DNA of 64,000 bases, taken from assembly GCA_014860445.1 (NCBI GenBank), contig JACZJT010000048.1, positions 828 through 64,827 on the forward strand, given 5' to 3'. Made by a program: the position numbers and the translations under genes. The notes below the pieces were generated by a model that saw only the letters and a list, made by a program, of their open reading frames with translations, made no database searches and had not been told where the DNA came from. Positions 32,449 through 43,472 of this stretch are shown here, piece by piece; position 1 is the first letter of the stretch, and every line of letters starts with the position of its first letter. The stretch is from Burkholderiales bacterium (GTDB lineage: Bacteria > Pseudomonadota > Gammaproteobacteria > Burkholderiales > SG8-39).

Positions 32449-34676
32449 GCCGTCGTTCGTCCCGTTTTCTCGACCAGGCGGCTGCGGCGGCGCATGGCGG
32501 CTGCATCCAGCAGCATGCGGCCGGCCCAGCGGAAGACGTTGTACTCGGCCACCAGTCCGCGCATCAGACGCATGCGGTCGCGTTGTTCGTCGCCCGGCAT
32601 TTTCAGCGCCAGGTGCAGGGCGGCGGCGCATTCGTCGGCATCGTAGGGGTTGACGATCAGGGCCTCGGGCAACTCGCGCGCAGCGCCGGTAAATTGCGAG
32701 AGGATCAGCACGCCGCGGTCATCGTCGCGCGCCGCGACAAATTCCTTGGCCACCAGGTTCATGCCATCGTGCAGGCTGCTCACAAAACAGAGATCGGCGG
32801 CGCGAAAATATTCATAGACCTGGCGTTGTTCGTGGTGCTCGACCTTGAGCACGATGGGCGGCGGTCCGCGCCGCGCAAAGCGGCCGTTGATGCGCGTAGC
32901 CATGGCCCGCACCTGCGCCTGGTGGTGCTCGTACTCCTCGATGCCCGAGCGCGTCGGCGCGGCGATCTGCACAAAGCTGAACCGGCCGACCCACTCGGGC
33001 TTCAATTCGAGCAGGCGCTCGATGGCGCTGAAGCGTTCGAGGATTCCTTTGGTGTAGTCGAGGCGGTCTACGCCGATGCCGAGCTTGTGCTCGAGGGGCA
33101 GGTCGTTCAGTTTTCGAATATTGCTGCGGCAGTCGGCTACGCTTGTCTGTACGCTTTCCTCGTTCGGCGGCCAGGCGATGGAAATCGGGTAGCGGCGCAC
33201 GGCGGTGAGCTTGCCGCCGAATGACACGGTGAAGGCCGCGCGGTCGACGCGCGCCTCGAGAAAACGGTCCACGGTATCGACAAAATTGTTGCAGTGGAAC
33301 TGGGTGTGAAAACCGAGAATGCTGCTGCCCAGCATCCCCTCCAGCACCTGATCGCGCCAGGGGCAGATGGCGAAGGACTCGGGGTTGGGCCAGGGAATGT
33401 GCCAGAAGGTGATGACCGTTGCGTTCGGCAGTATCTCGCGGATCATGTTCGGCAGCAGGGCGAAGTGGTAGTCCTGCACCAGCACGATGGGGTCCTTTGT
33501 CTTGGCCTCGTCGGCGACGGCCTCGGCGAACTTGCGGTTGACGGCGACGTAATGGGCCCAGTCGGCCGAGCGGAATGTCGGGCGCACATGGGCAATATGG
33601 CACAAGGGCCACAGCCCCTCGTTGGCGAATCCGTAGTAATAGCCTGCCTCCTCTTCCGGCGTCAGCCAGACGCGGCGGATGCGGTAAGCGGGTTTTTCCG
33701 GCGGCACTGCGACGCGGTCGTGCTTGTCGACTACGTCGCGGTCGGCCGAACCGCTGCCATGGGCGATCCACGTGCCCGAGCAGGCGCGCATGATCGGCTC
33801 CAGCGCCGTGACCACGCCGCTGGCCGGCCGCTGCACATCGATGCGATCGCCGCGGCGTTCGTGAATATAGGGTTCGCGGTTGGAGACCACGAGCACGTCT
33901 TCGCCGCTCAGTTCGCCGCGCAGAATCGCGCGCAGGGCCTCCGGCGTCCAGGTGATCTGACTTTCATCGCGTGCGTGCGCGTCGGATTCCAGGTCGCGGA
34001 TCAAGCGCTGCAAATCGCGCGCGATCGGCTTGAAACCGGGCAGCGTGGGCGCCGCGCTCGCACCCGGGTGCCGCAGCAGGCCCTCGCCGCGCAACAACGC
34101 GCGCATGCCGGCGATCCAGCCGCGCCATGACAGCTGCGCGACGACGACCGTGATCAGTGATACCACGCCCGCCAGTCCCATGAATAGGTAGAACACATAG
34201 CGTTTGGTTTCTTCGCTGCGGCGGGTGACGAAACTCATGTCCTGCACCAGCACCAGGCGGCCGTTCGGCGCAGCCTCGCTCACCATCGGTTTCACCGTAA
34301 CGTGCAGCGGCCCCTGGTCGCTGGGCAAGAGATGATTGCGCGGTCCTTCCCAGCGCCGGAGTTCGTCGCAGTGAATTTCTTCTGGAAGCGAACGCGTGGC
34401 CAGGGCTTTGCCTGTCGGGGCAGCGCAGTACCCGATCGCGAACAAGCGTTCGTCGCGGGTGATGCGGTTGAAGAATTCGATGGTCTTGGTCTTCTTTTTG
34501 GCCGTCAGCTGTTCCAGCAGCGGTTCCTGCAGCGTATTGGCCACCAGTGACGCGCGGCTGTCGAGGTCCTGCACGAACCAACTCAGGGTCAGGCGGTCGA
34601 CCAGCGGGCCGACCGCGTAGGCAATGCCCGCCAGCACCAGCAGCAGCGGCAAAACGAAGCGCAGGGACAATCTCAT
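32445..34676 (-). CDS. otsA: Trehalose-6-phosphate synthase with N-terminal 2-TM extracytoplasmic module
   Basis: [36 protein letters not shown]; two hydrophobic segments in the first 190 aa. Confidence 0.92.
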   Translation of the reverse strand: MRLSLRFVLPLLLVLAGIAYAVGPLVDRLTLSWFVQDLDSRASLVANTLQEPLLEQLTAKKKTKTIEFFNRITRDERLFAIGYCAAPTGKALATRSLPEEIHCDELRRWEGPRNHLLPSDQGPLHVTVKPMVSEAAPNGRLVLVQDMSFVTRRSEETKRYVFYLFMGLAGVVSLITVVVAQLSWRGWIAGMRALLRGEGLLRHPGASAAPTLPGFKPIARDLQRLIRDLESDAHARDESQITWTPEALRAILRGELSGEDVLVVSNREPYIHERRGDRIDVQRPASGVVTALEPIMRACSGTWIAHGSGSADRDVVDKHDRVAVPPEKPAYRIRRVWLTPEEEAGYYYGFANEGLWPLCHIAHVRPTFRSADWAHYVAVNRKFAEAVADEAKTKDPIVLVQDYHFALLPNMIREILPNATVITFWHIPWPNPESFAICPWRDQVLEGMLGSSILGFHTQFHCNNFVDTVDRFLEARVDRAAFTVSFGGKLTAVRRYPISIAWPPNEESVQTSVADCRSNIRKLNDLPLEHKLGIGVDRLDYTKGILERFSAIERLLELKPEWVGRFSFVQIAAPTRSGIEEYEHHQAQVRAMATRINGRFARRGPPPIVLKVEHHEQRQVYEYFRAADLCFVSSLHDGMNLVAKEFVAARDDDRGVLILSQFTGAARELPEALIVNPYDADECAAALHLALKMPGDEQRDRMRLMRGLVAEYNVFRWAGRMLLDAAAMRRRSRLVEKTGRTTA

Positions 34677-34813
34677 GGCCTTACTCTACCAGCCAGTCCG
34701 TCTCAACGAAACCTTTTGTCTAAAACGAACGATCAACAAAGGGGGCGGCCAGGATTCCGCCGGAACACCGGTGAAGCATTCCTCCGGCCGCAATCGAATC
34801 GCTGCATACCGCT

Positions 34814-35584
34814 TTAAGCGCTGGCGCGATACCCCAGGCCGTGCGAAATGTCTTCCGCGGTTCGCTTCACCAGCGGGTACCACGCCTGCTTCATGCGCTC
34901 CGCAGGCGCCGAGACCGACAGGCCGGCGACGAGGATGCCTTCATCGTCACGTATGCCCGCGCCTATGCAACGCACGCCGAGCTCGGCCTCCTCGAAATCA
35001 GTGGCATAGCCCTGCCGGCGCGCTTTTTCGAGTTCCTTTTCCAGTGCGCCGATACTGGTCAGGCTGTTGCGCGTGGGGCCGGGCAGCCCGGTGCGCTGTG
35101 CGTAGGCGCGCAGACCGGCGACGCCGTCCTCGAGAAGGAACAGCTTTCCGACAGCGGTGATGTGCAGCGGCGCGCGTCCGCCTATGACATTGACCACGCG
35201 CATCATCGAGCGACCGCCGGACGTGCGCTCGATGTAGACGATCTCGTCTTCGCGCCGCACCGACAGGTTGATCGCTTCGCCGATGACTGCATGCAGTTCG
35301 CGCATGAGCGGCAGCGCGAGTTCGCGCACGCTCAGCCTGGACTTCGCACTATTGCCGAGTTCGATCAGGCGCATTCCGAGGCGATAGCTGCCTGGTTCCG
35401 CGCGCTCGACCATTCTGCCGTTGACCATGGCTGTGAGAATGCGGTGCGCGGTCGACGGATGAAGTCCTGCGGATTTCGCCAGATGCTTCAGGCTGGCCGG
35501 AACGGGCGATTCGGCCAGCGCGTCCAGCAGCCTCGTCATGCGCTCGATGACTTGAATGGAATTCTTGGATTCTGCCTGTGTCAT
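34814..35584 (-). CDS. IclR family transcriptional regulator
   Basis: SIQVIER...GLHPSTAHRIL HTH; TAVGKLFL; divergent from the beta-alanine operon. Confidence 0.92.
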   Translation of the reverse strand: MTQAESKNSIQVIERMTRLLDALAESPVPASLKHLAKSAGLHPSTAHRILTAMVNGRMVERAEPGSYRLGMRLIELGNSAKSRLSVRELALPLMRELHAVIGEAINLSVRREDEIVYIERTSGGRSMMRVVNVIGGRAPLHITAVGKLFLLEDGVAGLRAYAQRTGLPGPTRNSLTSIGALEKELEKARRQGYATDFEEAELGVRCIGAGIRDDEGILVAGLSVSAPAERMKQAWYPLVKRTAEDISHGLGYRASA

Positions 35585-35756
35585 GGAAGCAGGGTGGATA
35601 TCGAATCGCAGGATTCTATACCACAATGTGAAATCTCGATCGCTGACGCCATGGTATGATTTCACACATAAATTTCCCGCCTTCAGCGGGTTCGCTGCGT
35701 GCCCTCAGGTCCGCTGTTGCACCTCTGAAGCGTCCCCCTATTTAGAGGACATTCGA

Positions 35757-37280
35757 ATGAACCACCCCAATGAAAAGGCCGTGAGCCAGGCCGGCGTGTC
35801 CCTATGGATCAACGGGCGCGCACAGGTCTCGACCAGTACGCGCGTCGGCGAAGTGACCAACCCGGCAACGGGCGAGGTCGTCCGGCGGGTATCGTTTGCG
35901 AACGCCGCGGACATCGACGCCGCAGTGAGCGCGGCGAGCGCCGCGCTCCCCGCCTGGCGCGACGCGCCGCCGCTCAGGCGCGCGCGCGTGATGCAGAAAT
36001 TTCTCGCGATCATGCAGGCCAATCAAAAGGAACTGGCGCAACTCACTTCCGAGGAGCACGGTAAAACGCTGCCCGATGCGCTGGGCAGCGTGCAGCGCGG
36101 TATCGAGGTGATCGAATTTGCCTGCGGTGTCCCGCACCTGCTGAAGGGCGAGTACACCGGAAACGCGGGAACCGGCGTCGATTGCCATACGCTGCGTCAG
36201 GCGGTGGGCGTGTGTGCAGGCATCACGCCGTTCAATTTTCCGGCGATGGTGCCGCTGTGGATGTTTCCGGTTTCGATTGCCTGTGGCAATACCTTCATTC
36301 TCAAGCCGTCGGAGAAAGTGCCATCGACCAGCATGAGAATGGCGGAATTGTTCAAAGAGGCCGGACTGCCCGACGGCGTGTTCAACGTCGTCCACGGCGA
36401 CAAGGAGGCGGTGGAGGCGATCCTCAATCATCCGGGCGTTCATGCCGTTTCTTTCGTAGGGTCCACCCCGATTGCGAAATACATATACGAGACCTGCGCG
36501 CGAAACGGCAAGCGCGTGCAGGCACTGGGCGGCGCCAAGAATCACGCTGTGGTACTGCCGGACGCGGATCTGGAATTCACCGCCGATGCGCTCATCGGCG
36601 CCGCCTACGGTTCGGCGGGCGAACGCTGCATGGCGATTTCGGCTGTCGTGGCGGTGGGCGCCATCGGCGATCCCCTGGTGAAAATGCTTGCCGACAAGGC
36701 CGCGAAAATCAAGGTGGGAGCAGGCGATGCCGAGGGCGTGGAAATGGGACCGCTGGTCACCATGGCGCATCGTGACAAGGTCGAGGGCTATGTCAACATA
36801 GGCGTGGCCGAAGGTGCAAAGCTGGTTCTCGACGGACGCAACAAGAAGGTCCCGGGCCACGAGGACGGGTTTTTTATCGGCACGACCCTGTTCGACCAGG
36901 TCAAGTCCGACATGAAGATCTACAAGGACGAAATCTTCGGTCCGGTGCTGGTCGTGCTGCGCGCCGATACGCTGGAGGAGGCGATTGCGCTGGTCAACGC
37001 GAATCCCTATGGCAACGGCACGGCGATTTTCACGAACTCCGGCGGCGCGGCGCGCCGCTTCGAGGAAGAAATCCAGGTGGGCATGGTGGGCGTGAACGTG
37101 CCCATCCCGGTGCCGATGGCGTTCTATTCTTTTGGCGGCTGGAAGGCTTCGCTGTTTGGCGACCTGCACATGCACGGCATGGAGGGCGTCAAGTTCTACA
37201 CCCGCACAAAGGTGGTGACCACGCGCTGGCCGCACGCGGACACGCCGACCGCCGGTCTCAACATGCCGACGCTGGGCTGA
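35757..37280 (+). CDS. mmsA: CoA-acylating (methyl)malonate-semialdehyde dehydrogenase
   Basis: ITPFNFPAM, FVGSTP, GGAKNH, GERCMA, EIFGPVL. Confidence 0.92.
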   Translation: MNHPNEKAVSQAGVSLWINGRAQVSTSTRVGEVTNPATGEVVRRVSFANAADIDAAVSAASAALPAWRDAPPLRRARVMQKFLAIMQANQKELAQLTSEEHGKTLPDALGSVQRGIEVIEFACGVPHLLKGEYTGNAGTGVDCHTLRQAVGVCAGITPFNFPAMVPLWMFPVSIACGNTFILKPSEKVPSTSMRMAELFKEAGLPDGVFNVVHGDKEAVEAILNHPGVHAVSFVGSTPIAKYIYETCARNGKRVQALGGAKNHAVVLPDADLEFTADALIGAAYGSAGERCMAISAVVAVGAIGDPLVKMLADKAAKIKVGAGDAEGVEMGPLVTMAHRDKVEGYVNIGVAEGAKLVLDGRNKKVPGHEDGFFIGTTLFDQVKSDMKIYKDEIFGPVLVVLRADTLEEAIALVNANPYGNGTAIFTNSGGAARRFEEEIQVGMVGVNVPIPVPMAFYSFGGWKASLFGDLHMHGMEGVKFYTRTKVVTTRWPHADTPTAGLNMPTLG

Positions 37281-37334
37281 GCCGGCTGTTCGCAGGCCAC
37301 CGACGCACACATTGCAAAATCCAAAGGAAAAGCC

Positions 37335-38669
37335 ATGAACGATCCGAAACCTAGCACGCAGCCGCTCGATCTCGAGCACTACTGGATGCCTTATACGAAC
37401 AACCGCGCATTCAAGGCATCGCCGCGCATGATTGCGTCGGCCGAAGGCATGTACTACACCACCGTCGAGGGAAAAAAAGTGCTCGACGGTCTGGCGACGC
37501 TGTGGTGCGTCAACGCAGGTCATTGCCGGCCGAAAATCGTCGAGGCGATACGCAAGCAGGCCGGCATCCTGGATTTTTCCTCTTCGTTTTCGGTCGGCCA
37601 TCCGCTGCCGTTCGAAGTCGCGCGGCGCATTTCCGAACTCACGCCCAAGGGCTTGGACCATGTGTTTTTCGTGAACTCCGGTTCCGAGGCCGTCGATACG
37701 GCGCTGAAAATCGCCTTGGCCTACCACCGGCTCAAAGGCGAGGGCACGCGCACCCGATTCATCGGACGCGAGCGCGGCTATCATGGCGTGAACCTGGCGG
37801 GTATTTCCGTCGGCGGGGTACCCGCGAACCGCAAGGCCTATGGACTGATGATTCCCGGCGTCGATCACCTGCGCCACACGCATGACCCCGCGCGCAGCGC
37901 TTTTTCCCGCGGCCAGCCGGCAGAGGGCGCGGAATTCGCAGACGAACTGGAGCAGCGGATCATTCCGCTGCACGACGCCTCCAACATCGCCGCGCTGATC
38001 GTGGAGCCGGTATCGGGCGCGGGTGGCGTGCTGATTCCGCCGCAGGGTTATTTGCAGCGACTGCGCCAGATCTGCGACAAGCACGGCATCCTGCTCATAT
38101 TCGACGAGGTGATCACCGGTTTCGGGCGCCTGGGCAAGCCTTTCGCGAGCGAATATTTCGGGGTCACACCCGATCTCATCACCTTTGCCAAGGGCATCAC
38201 CAGCGGTACGGTGCCGATGGGCGGCGTCATCGTGAAAGGCGAAATCTACGAAACCTTCATGCAGGCTGCCGGCGGCGGCATCGATTTCTTCCACGGCTAC
38301 ACCTATTCCGGGCACCCGCTCGCGAGCGCCGCGGCCTTGGGCACGCTGGACACCTATGCCGAAGAAGGCCTGCTGACGCGCGTGCAAACCCTGGCGGCGG
38401 ATTTTGAAACGGGCGTGCACGCGTTCAATGGTCTGCCGCATGTGATCGATTGCCGCAATCTGGGGATGATAGGGGCGATCGAATTCACGCCGCGCGCGGG
38501 CGCGCCGGGGGCGCGTGCGAAGGAGGTGTTCGAGAAATGCTGGGACCGCGGCGTGTTCGTGCGCCCGATCGGTGACAACATCGCTTTTTGCCCGCCCTTG
38601 ATCGCGGAAAACAAACATCTGGACGAAATGTTCGGCGTCGTCAGCGACGTCGTGCGCAATCTGAGTTGA
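37335..38669 (+). CDS. Omega-amino acid (beta-alanine):pyruvate aminotransferase, class III
   Basis: YWMPYT, SGSEAVDTALK, FDEVITGFGR, FAKG, FHGYTYSGHP. Confidence 0.9.
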   Translation: MNDPKPSTQPLDLEHYWMPYTNNRAFKASPRMIASAEGMYYTTVEGKKVLDGLATLWCVNAGHCRPKIVEAIRKQAGILDFSSSFSVGHPLPFEVARRISELTPKGLDHVFFVNSGSEAVDTALKIALAYHRLKGEGTRTRFIGRERGYHGVNLAGISVGGVPANRKAYGLMIPGVDHLRHTHDPARSAFSRGQPAEGAEFADELEQRIIPLHDASNIAALIVEPVSGAGGVLIPPQGYLQRLRQICDKHGILLIFDEVITGFGRLGKPFASEYFGVTPDLITFAKGITSGTVPMGGVIVKGEIYETFMQAAGGGIDFFHGYTYSGHPLASAAALGTLDTYAEEGLLTRVQTLAADFETGVHAFNGLPHVIDCRNLGMIGAIEFTPRAGAPGARAKEVFEKCWDRGVFVRPIGDNIAFCPPLIAENKHLDEMFGVVSDVVRNLS

Positions 38670-38686
38670 GAAAGAGGTGAACCGCG

Positions 38687-39931
38687 ATGCGCGCACCGGT
38701 TGAAGCGGGGGCCTTACGCATAAACAGCGAACGCTTGTGGGGTTCGCTCATGGAAATGGCGAAAATCGGCGCTACGCCCAAGGGCGGTGTGAAGCGCCTG
38801 ACGCTGACCGACCTGGACCGCCAAAGTCGTGATCTGTTTGTTTCCTGGTGCAAGGCGGCCGGACTTTCGGTGACTGTGGACGGGGTCGGCAATATATTCG
38901 CGCGCCGGCGCGGGCGCAACGAGGCCGCGCCCCCGGTGGTGTCGGGCAGTCATCTGGACACGCAGCCTTCCGGCGGGCGCTTCGACGGCTGCTACGGCGT
39001 GATGGCGGCGCTGGAGGTGGTGCGTACGCTCGATGATCACGGAATCGAGACCGACGCCCCGTTCGAGATCGCGATGTGGACCAACGAGGAAGGCTCGCGC
39101 TTCCTGCCGGTGATGGGCGCATCCGGCGCATTTGCCGGCGTGCATTCCGTCGACGAAATACGAGAAGCACGGGATGTGGACGGTGTTTCCTTCGGCGACG
39201 CGCTCGATGCTATCGGCTATGCCGGCGCTGCGCCGGTCGGGGGACGCCCGCTGGCGGCGTATTTCGAGGCGCATATCGAACAGGGGCCGCTGCTGGAGAA
39301 CACCGGCAACACGGTGGGTGTGGTAACCGGGGCGCTGGGCCAGCGCTGGTTCGAAGTCACGGTCACCGGCATGGACGCGCACGCCGGCCCCACGCCCATG
39401 CATCTGCGTCGCGACGCGCTATTGGGCGCGAGCTTTCTGATTCAGGAAGTCAACCGGCTGGGCAAGCTTACGGAACATTCGCGCGGCACCGTCGGCATGA
39501 TCGCGAGCAGGCCCAACTCGCGCAACGTCGTCCCCGGCGAAACCGTGTTCTCGGTCGATTTTCGCGACACGGATGTTTCCGGCCTGGACCGCATGGAGCA
39601 GGGACTGCGCGCGGCGGCAGGCAATATCGCGGCGGAGCACGGCTTGGGCATAGACATGCGTCAGACGGTTTTCTTCCCGCCCTGCGAATTCGACCGGACT
39701 TGCGTGGCCGCGGTGCGAGCGGGGGCCGAACGCCTGGGTTATCCCCATATGGATATCGTGAGCGGTGCCGGCCACGATGCGGTTTATATCGCCCGCGTCG
39801 CGCCGGCGGCGATGATATTCGTGCCTTGCGAGGGCGGCATCAGCCACAACGAAATCGAAAACGCCACGCCGGAAGATCTCGCTGCGGGCTGTAACGTGCT
39901 GCTGCAGGCGGTGCTGGCCAGGGCGGGCTAG
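38687..39931 (+). CDS. M20 Zn-dependent N-carbamoyl hydrolase (beta-ureidopropionase-like)
   Basis: GSHLDTQP, NEEGSRF, EAHIEQG, HAGPTPM, SGAGHDA, SHNEIE. Confidence 0.9.
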   Translation: MRAPVEAGALRINSERLWGSLMEMAKIGATPKGGVKRLTLTDLDRQSRDLFVSWCKAAGLSVTVDGVGNIFARRRGRNEAAPPVVSGSHLDTQPSGGRFDGCYGVMAALEVVRTLDDHGIETDAPFEIAMWTNEEGSRFLPVMGASGAFAGVHSVDEIREARDVDGVSFGDALDAIGYAGAAPVGGRPLAAYFEAHIEQGPLLENTGNTVGVVTGALGQRWFEVTVTGMDAHAGPTPMHLRRDALLGASFLIQEVNRLGKLTEHSRGTVGMIASRPNSRNVVPGETVFSVDFRDTDVSGLDRMEQGLRAAAGNIAAEHGLGIDMRQTVFFPPCEFDRTCVAAVRAGAERLGYPHMDIVSGAGHDAVYIARVAPAAMIFVPCEGGISHNEIENATPEDLAAGCNVLLQAVLARAG

Positions 39932-39939
39932 CGCGCTTT

Positions 39940-40563
39940 CTATCGGGGGGCGGCCTGCTGCGCCGTGGGAGGAATGAAGCGGCTGAATTCGGACGGCGTA
40001 AGCCCGAATCTGTCCAGGTCGTCTTCGCTCAAGCCGGCCAACTCTTTTTCCACGACTTCGGCGATCGCGTCCAGCACATCGGGCTTTACCAGAAGCGAAA
40101 GGTAAATCTGCAGGTTGACGTGATTGCAGCGCTTCCAGTCGCGCACGACCGTGCGCACCGCCTTCTTGACGACAGCCTCGTATTCGACGGCCCGGCTTGA
40201 AGCACTCCGCCGTTCCACGTCCCCGGCTCGGCGCAAGCGCGGGGCTTCGCCCGGCGCTGCATTCGCTTGGGCGGGCGCGACGGGCTCGGCAGCCTGGGCT
40301 GCCGCCGGGAGGGTAGCGTCCGGTGGGGTCGGTTTCGGTACGTCCTGTGCAGTATTCAGCGCCCGGTAGCGCGATGCGCGCGCCTTGCCGATGCGTTCCA
40401 CGCGCCCTTGCTCAATGAGATGCGCCATGTGGCGGAACAGGGTTGACCGGTCGACCTTGAGCCCCAAAAGCTCCACCAACTCGTCCAGAGAAAGCCCTTC
40501 TGGATGGGCAATCAGGCTCGCTTCTATGGCTACTTGATAATCGAATTTGTTTGATCGACCCAT
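39940..40563 (-). CDS. Winged-HTH protein resembling the N- and C-termini of long Fic proteins, without the Fic core
   Basis: DRSTLFRHMAHLIEQGRVERIGKARASRY; Pro/Ala linker; ELAGLSEDDLDRFGLTPSEF; no HPFxDGNGR-type motif. Confidence 0.6.
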   Translation of the reverse strand: MGRSNKFDYQVAIEASLIAHPEGLSLDELVELLGLKVDRSTLFRHMAHLIEQGRVERIGKARASRYRALNTAQDVPKPTPPDATLPAAAQAAEPVAPAQANAAPGEAPRLRRAGDVERRSASSRAVEYEAVVKKAVRTVVRDWKRCNHVNLQIYLSLLVKPDVLDAIAEVVEKELAGLSEDDLDRFGLTPSEFSRFIPPTAQQAAPR

Positions 40564-40742
40564 ATTAACGCGATCACTAAGATGCTGAAAATAGGACGTT
40601 TATTATTCTGATGCTGCAATTATACAATGATTCTCTTGCATATTGCAATGATTCCGGGCCGGGAAATCCTGCGCAAAACGATTCCAATTTCTGAAATTCC
40701 CCGCACCGTACCGGCACGGCCCAAGCTGGCGGGTAACTCGCG

Positions 40743-41708
40743 CTACAGCCAGCCGGCATTGCGCAGGCGGTAGAAAAGCACGACGTCGAGAACGGCCATG
40801 ATGGAGAGCGCGAGCGGATACCCGTACGCCCAGGACAGCTCCGGCATGTTCTTGAAGTTCATACCGTAGACGCCGGCGATCATGGTCGGGACCGCCACCA
40901 GTGCGGCATAGGCCGCGATTCGCCGGGTGGTCTCGTTTTCCTGCAGCGTGATCAGCGACAGGTTGACCGAGATCGCGGTCGTCACCATGTCGCGCAGGCT
41001 GTCGATCGACTGGTTGATCCGGATCAGGTGGTCGTAGACGTCGCGATAGTAATCCTGGGTTTTCGCGCACACCTGCGGCACCCTGCCGCCATGCAGCTTG
41101 CTCGACGCTTCGAGCAGTGGTCCGGCCGCGTGCTTGAGCGTCATGAGTTTTTGCTTAAGTGCGTACAGCGACTCGATATTGGAGCGTGCCGAACTGCCGG
41201 AGAATATCCGCTCTTCGACGTGTTCCAGTTCGTCTTCTACCGCATCCAGCACGGGGAAATAGCGGTCGACGACGGAGTCCATCAGTGCGTAGAACACGAA
41301 GCCCGAACCCTGGCGCAGCAGATGCGGCTCGCGTTCGCAGCGCATGCGCACGTTGGCAAAGCCGTGCTGCGTGCGGCTGCGCACCGAAAGCAGGTAATTC
41401 GGCCCGACGAAAACATCTACCTCGCCGAATTTTATATCCCCCCCCTCCGCATCGACCGTGTGCAGGACCGCGAACAGCGAGTCGCCGTATTCCTCGATCT
41501 TGGGCCGCTGATGGCCATGGCTCGCGTCCTCGACGGCGAGTTCGTGCAGGCCGAACTCGCGCTGCATTTCGGCCAGTTCGTCAGGATCGGCTTCGTAGAG
41601 CGCGACCCAGAGCAGGCAGCCCGGGCGGCGCACATAATCGCTGATGTCCTTTTTGTCGATGTCGCCGAGTTTCTTGCCGTTTTGGTAGGCGACGCAGCTG
41701 ACCAGCAT
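40743..41708 (-). CDS. corA: Magnesium/cobalt transporter CorA
   Basis: GLHELAVED, QRPKIE, YGMNFKNMPEL, two C-terminal TMs. Confidence 0.93.
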   Translation of the reverse strand: MLVSCVAYQNGKKLGDIDKKDISDYVRRPGCLLWVALYEADPDELAEMQREFGLHELAVEDASHGHQRPKIEEYGDSLFAVLHTVDAEGGDIKFGEVDVFVGPNYLLSVRSRTQHGFANVRMRCEREPHLLRQGSGFVFYALMDSVVDRYFPVLDAVEDELEHVEERIFSGSSARSNIESLYALKQKLMTLKHAAGPLLEASSKLHGGRVPQVCAKTQDYYRDVYDHLIRINQSIDSLRDMVTTAISVNLSLITLQENETTRRIAAYAALVAVPTMIAGVYGMNFKNMPELSWAYGYPLALSIMAVLDVVLFYRLRNAGWL

Positions 41709-41808
41709 GGGTTTCTCCGCTTGTTTGCGCAAATGATAGCAGTAGGGGACGGCGGCTGCGCCACATGCGATAAAATTACCGTTCCGCGATTCATTGAAAG
41801 TAGCGAGC

Positions 41809-43011
41809 ATGCCAGCAACCAGCCGCCGCAGCGCCGAACTCGGCACCGAGAATGCGTTCGTCGTTCTCGCTGAAGTCAACGAGCTCCTGCGCCAGGGCAA
41901 GAACATCATTTCCTTTTGTATCGGACAGCCGGACTTTCATACGCCCGTCAATATTCAGGACGCCGCGATCAAGGCGATCCGTGAGGGCCGGCACGGTTAT
42001 ACGCCGTCGGCCGGGATACCGGAATTGCGCTCGGCCGCGGCCAGAGACATGGGGCAGCTGCGCGGCCTGACGATCGATCCCGAGCATGTGGTGATCGGCG
42101 CTGGCGCGAAACCGTTCATCGCCTACACCATTCTGTGCACCACCGACTATGGCGTGGGCGACGAGGTGATCTATCCGAATCCGGGATTCCCGATTTACGA
42201 ATCGCAGATCCTCGCCTGCGGCGCGGTGCCCGTACCGCTGTACCTGCGCGAAGCGCGCGACTTTGCTTTCGATCCGGCGGAGCTCGAGGCGAAGATCACG
42301 CCGAAAACCAGGCTGTTGATCCTGAATTCGCCGCACAACCCGACCGGCGGCATCCTGACGCGCAAGGATCTCGAGGACATTGCCGCGGTGCTGCGCCGGC
42401 ATCCGGACATCTGGGTTTTCGCCGACGAAATCTATTCCCGCCTGCTGTACCAGGGGGAATTCGTTTCGATCGCTGCGTTGCCGGGTATGTACGAGCGCAC
42501 GATCATCTCCGACGGCGCGTCCAAGACCTGGGCCATGACCGGTTGGCGCATCGGCTTCGCTTCGAATCCTCTCCTGGCGCCGCAGTTCGTGCGCTGGGTG
42601 ACCAATACCGATTCCTGCGCCTCGCATATCAGCCAGTGGGCCGCGGTCGAGGCGCTCAACGGCCCGCAGGACGAGCCGCGCAGGATGCGCGCGAGTTTCC
42701 TCGCGCGGCGAGACCTGATCGTCGGCCTGATGAACCGGGTGCCGGGCGTGAGCTGCAAACTGCCGGGTGGCGCGTTTTACGCCTGGCCCAATGTCACGGA
42801 GGCCTGCCGCATGACAGGCGCAGCGGATTCCGAAGCCTTGAGAAAGCGCCTGCTCAACGAAGCCGGCGTGGCGGTGCTGGCCGATATTCACTTCGGAGCG
42901 CGCGTGCCCGACGAAGGCCAGCACATCCGCTTTTCCTATGCCGCATCCAATCAGGCCATCGAAGAGGGGGTCGCGCGCATGGCCGAATTTATCCGCACGA
43001 ATAGCCGCTGA
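41809..43011 (+). CDS. PLP-dependent aminotransferase class I/II
   Basis: IGQPDF, NSPHNPTG, DEIY, SKTWAMTGWRIG. Confidence 0.92.
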   Translation: MPATSRRSAELGTENAFVVLAEVNELLRQGKNIISFCIGQPDFHTPVNIQDAAIKAIREGRHGYTPSAGIPELRSAAARDMGQLRGLTIDPEHVVIGAGAKPFIAYTILCTTDYGVGDEVIYPNPGFPIYESQILACGAVPVPLYLREARDFAFDPAELEAKITPKTRLLILNSPHNPTGGILTRKDLEDIAAVLRRHPDIWVFADEIYSRLLYQGEFVSIAALPGMYERTIISDGASKTWAMTGWRIGFASNPLLAPQFVRWVTNTDSCASHISQWAAVEALNGPQDEPRRMRASFLARRDLIVGLMNRVPGVSCKLPGGAFYAWPNVTEACRMTGAADSEALRKRLLNEAGVAVLADIHFGARVPDEGQHIRFSYAASNQAIEEGVARMAEFIRTNSR

Positions 43012-43013
43012 CC

Positions 43014-43472
43014 GTGGAACCGCGACCCAGCGTCACCGTGGCTGCAGTGATAGAGCGCGACGGAAAATTCCTGCTGGTCGAAGAGGAAGACGACGGACGC
43101 CTGCTGTTCAATCAGCCGGCCGGGCATCTGGAGCGGAACGAATCCCTGGTGGAGGCTTGCGCACGCGAGGTGCTGGAGGAATCGGCCTGGCATTTCCGGC
43201 CGCGCGAGTTGATCGGCATCTACCGTTGGAGCAAGCCGGGGTCCGCGACGGGCGCAGGCGTGACCTACCTGCGTTTTGCGTTTTGCGGAGACTTGGGAGA
43301 GCATGAGGACGATCGTCGGCTCGACACGGGAATAGTGCGTGCGGCGTGGCTGGATGCCGGAGAGATCCGCGCATCGCGCGAGCGCCATCGCAGCCCGCTG
43401 GTGGTGCGCTGCGTAGAGGACTATCTGGCCGGCAGGCGCTACCCGCTGGACGCGTTGATCGAGCATGACTAG
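43014..43472 (+). CDS. nudJ: NUDIX hydrolase (NudJ-like)
   Basis: NQPAGHLE...REVLEES Nudix box; RHRSPLV; upstream of mnmA. Confidence 0.82.
   Translation: MEPRPSVTVAAVIERDGKFLLVEEEDDGRLLFNQPAGHLERNESLVEACAREVLEESAWHFRPRELIGIYRWSKPGSATGAGVTYLRFAFCGDLGEHEDDRRLDTGIVRAAWLDAGEIRASRERHRSPLVVRCVEDYLAGRRYPLDALIEHD

Noticed and set aside
35802-38696. 964-aa minus-strand ORF
   Set aside because: Antisense shadow of mmsA and the aminotransferase in high-GC DNA; no recognisable motifs.
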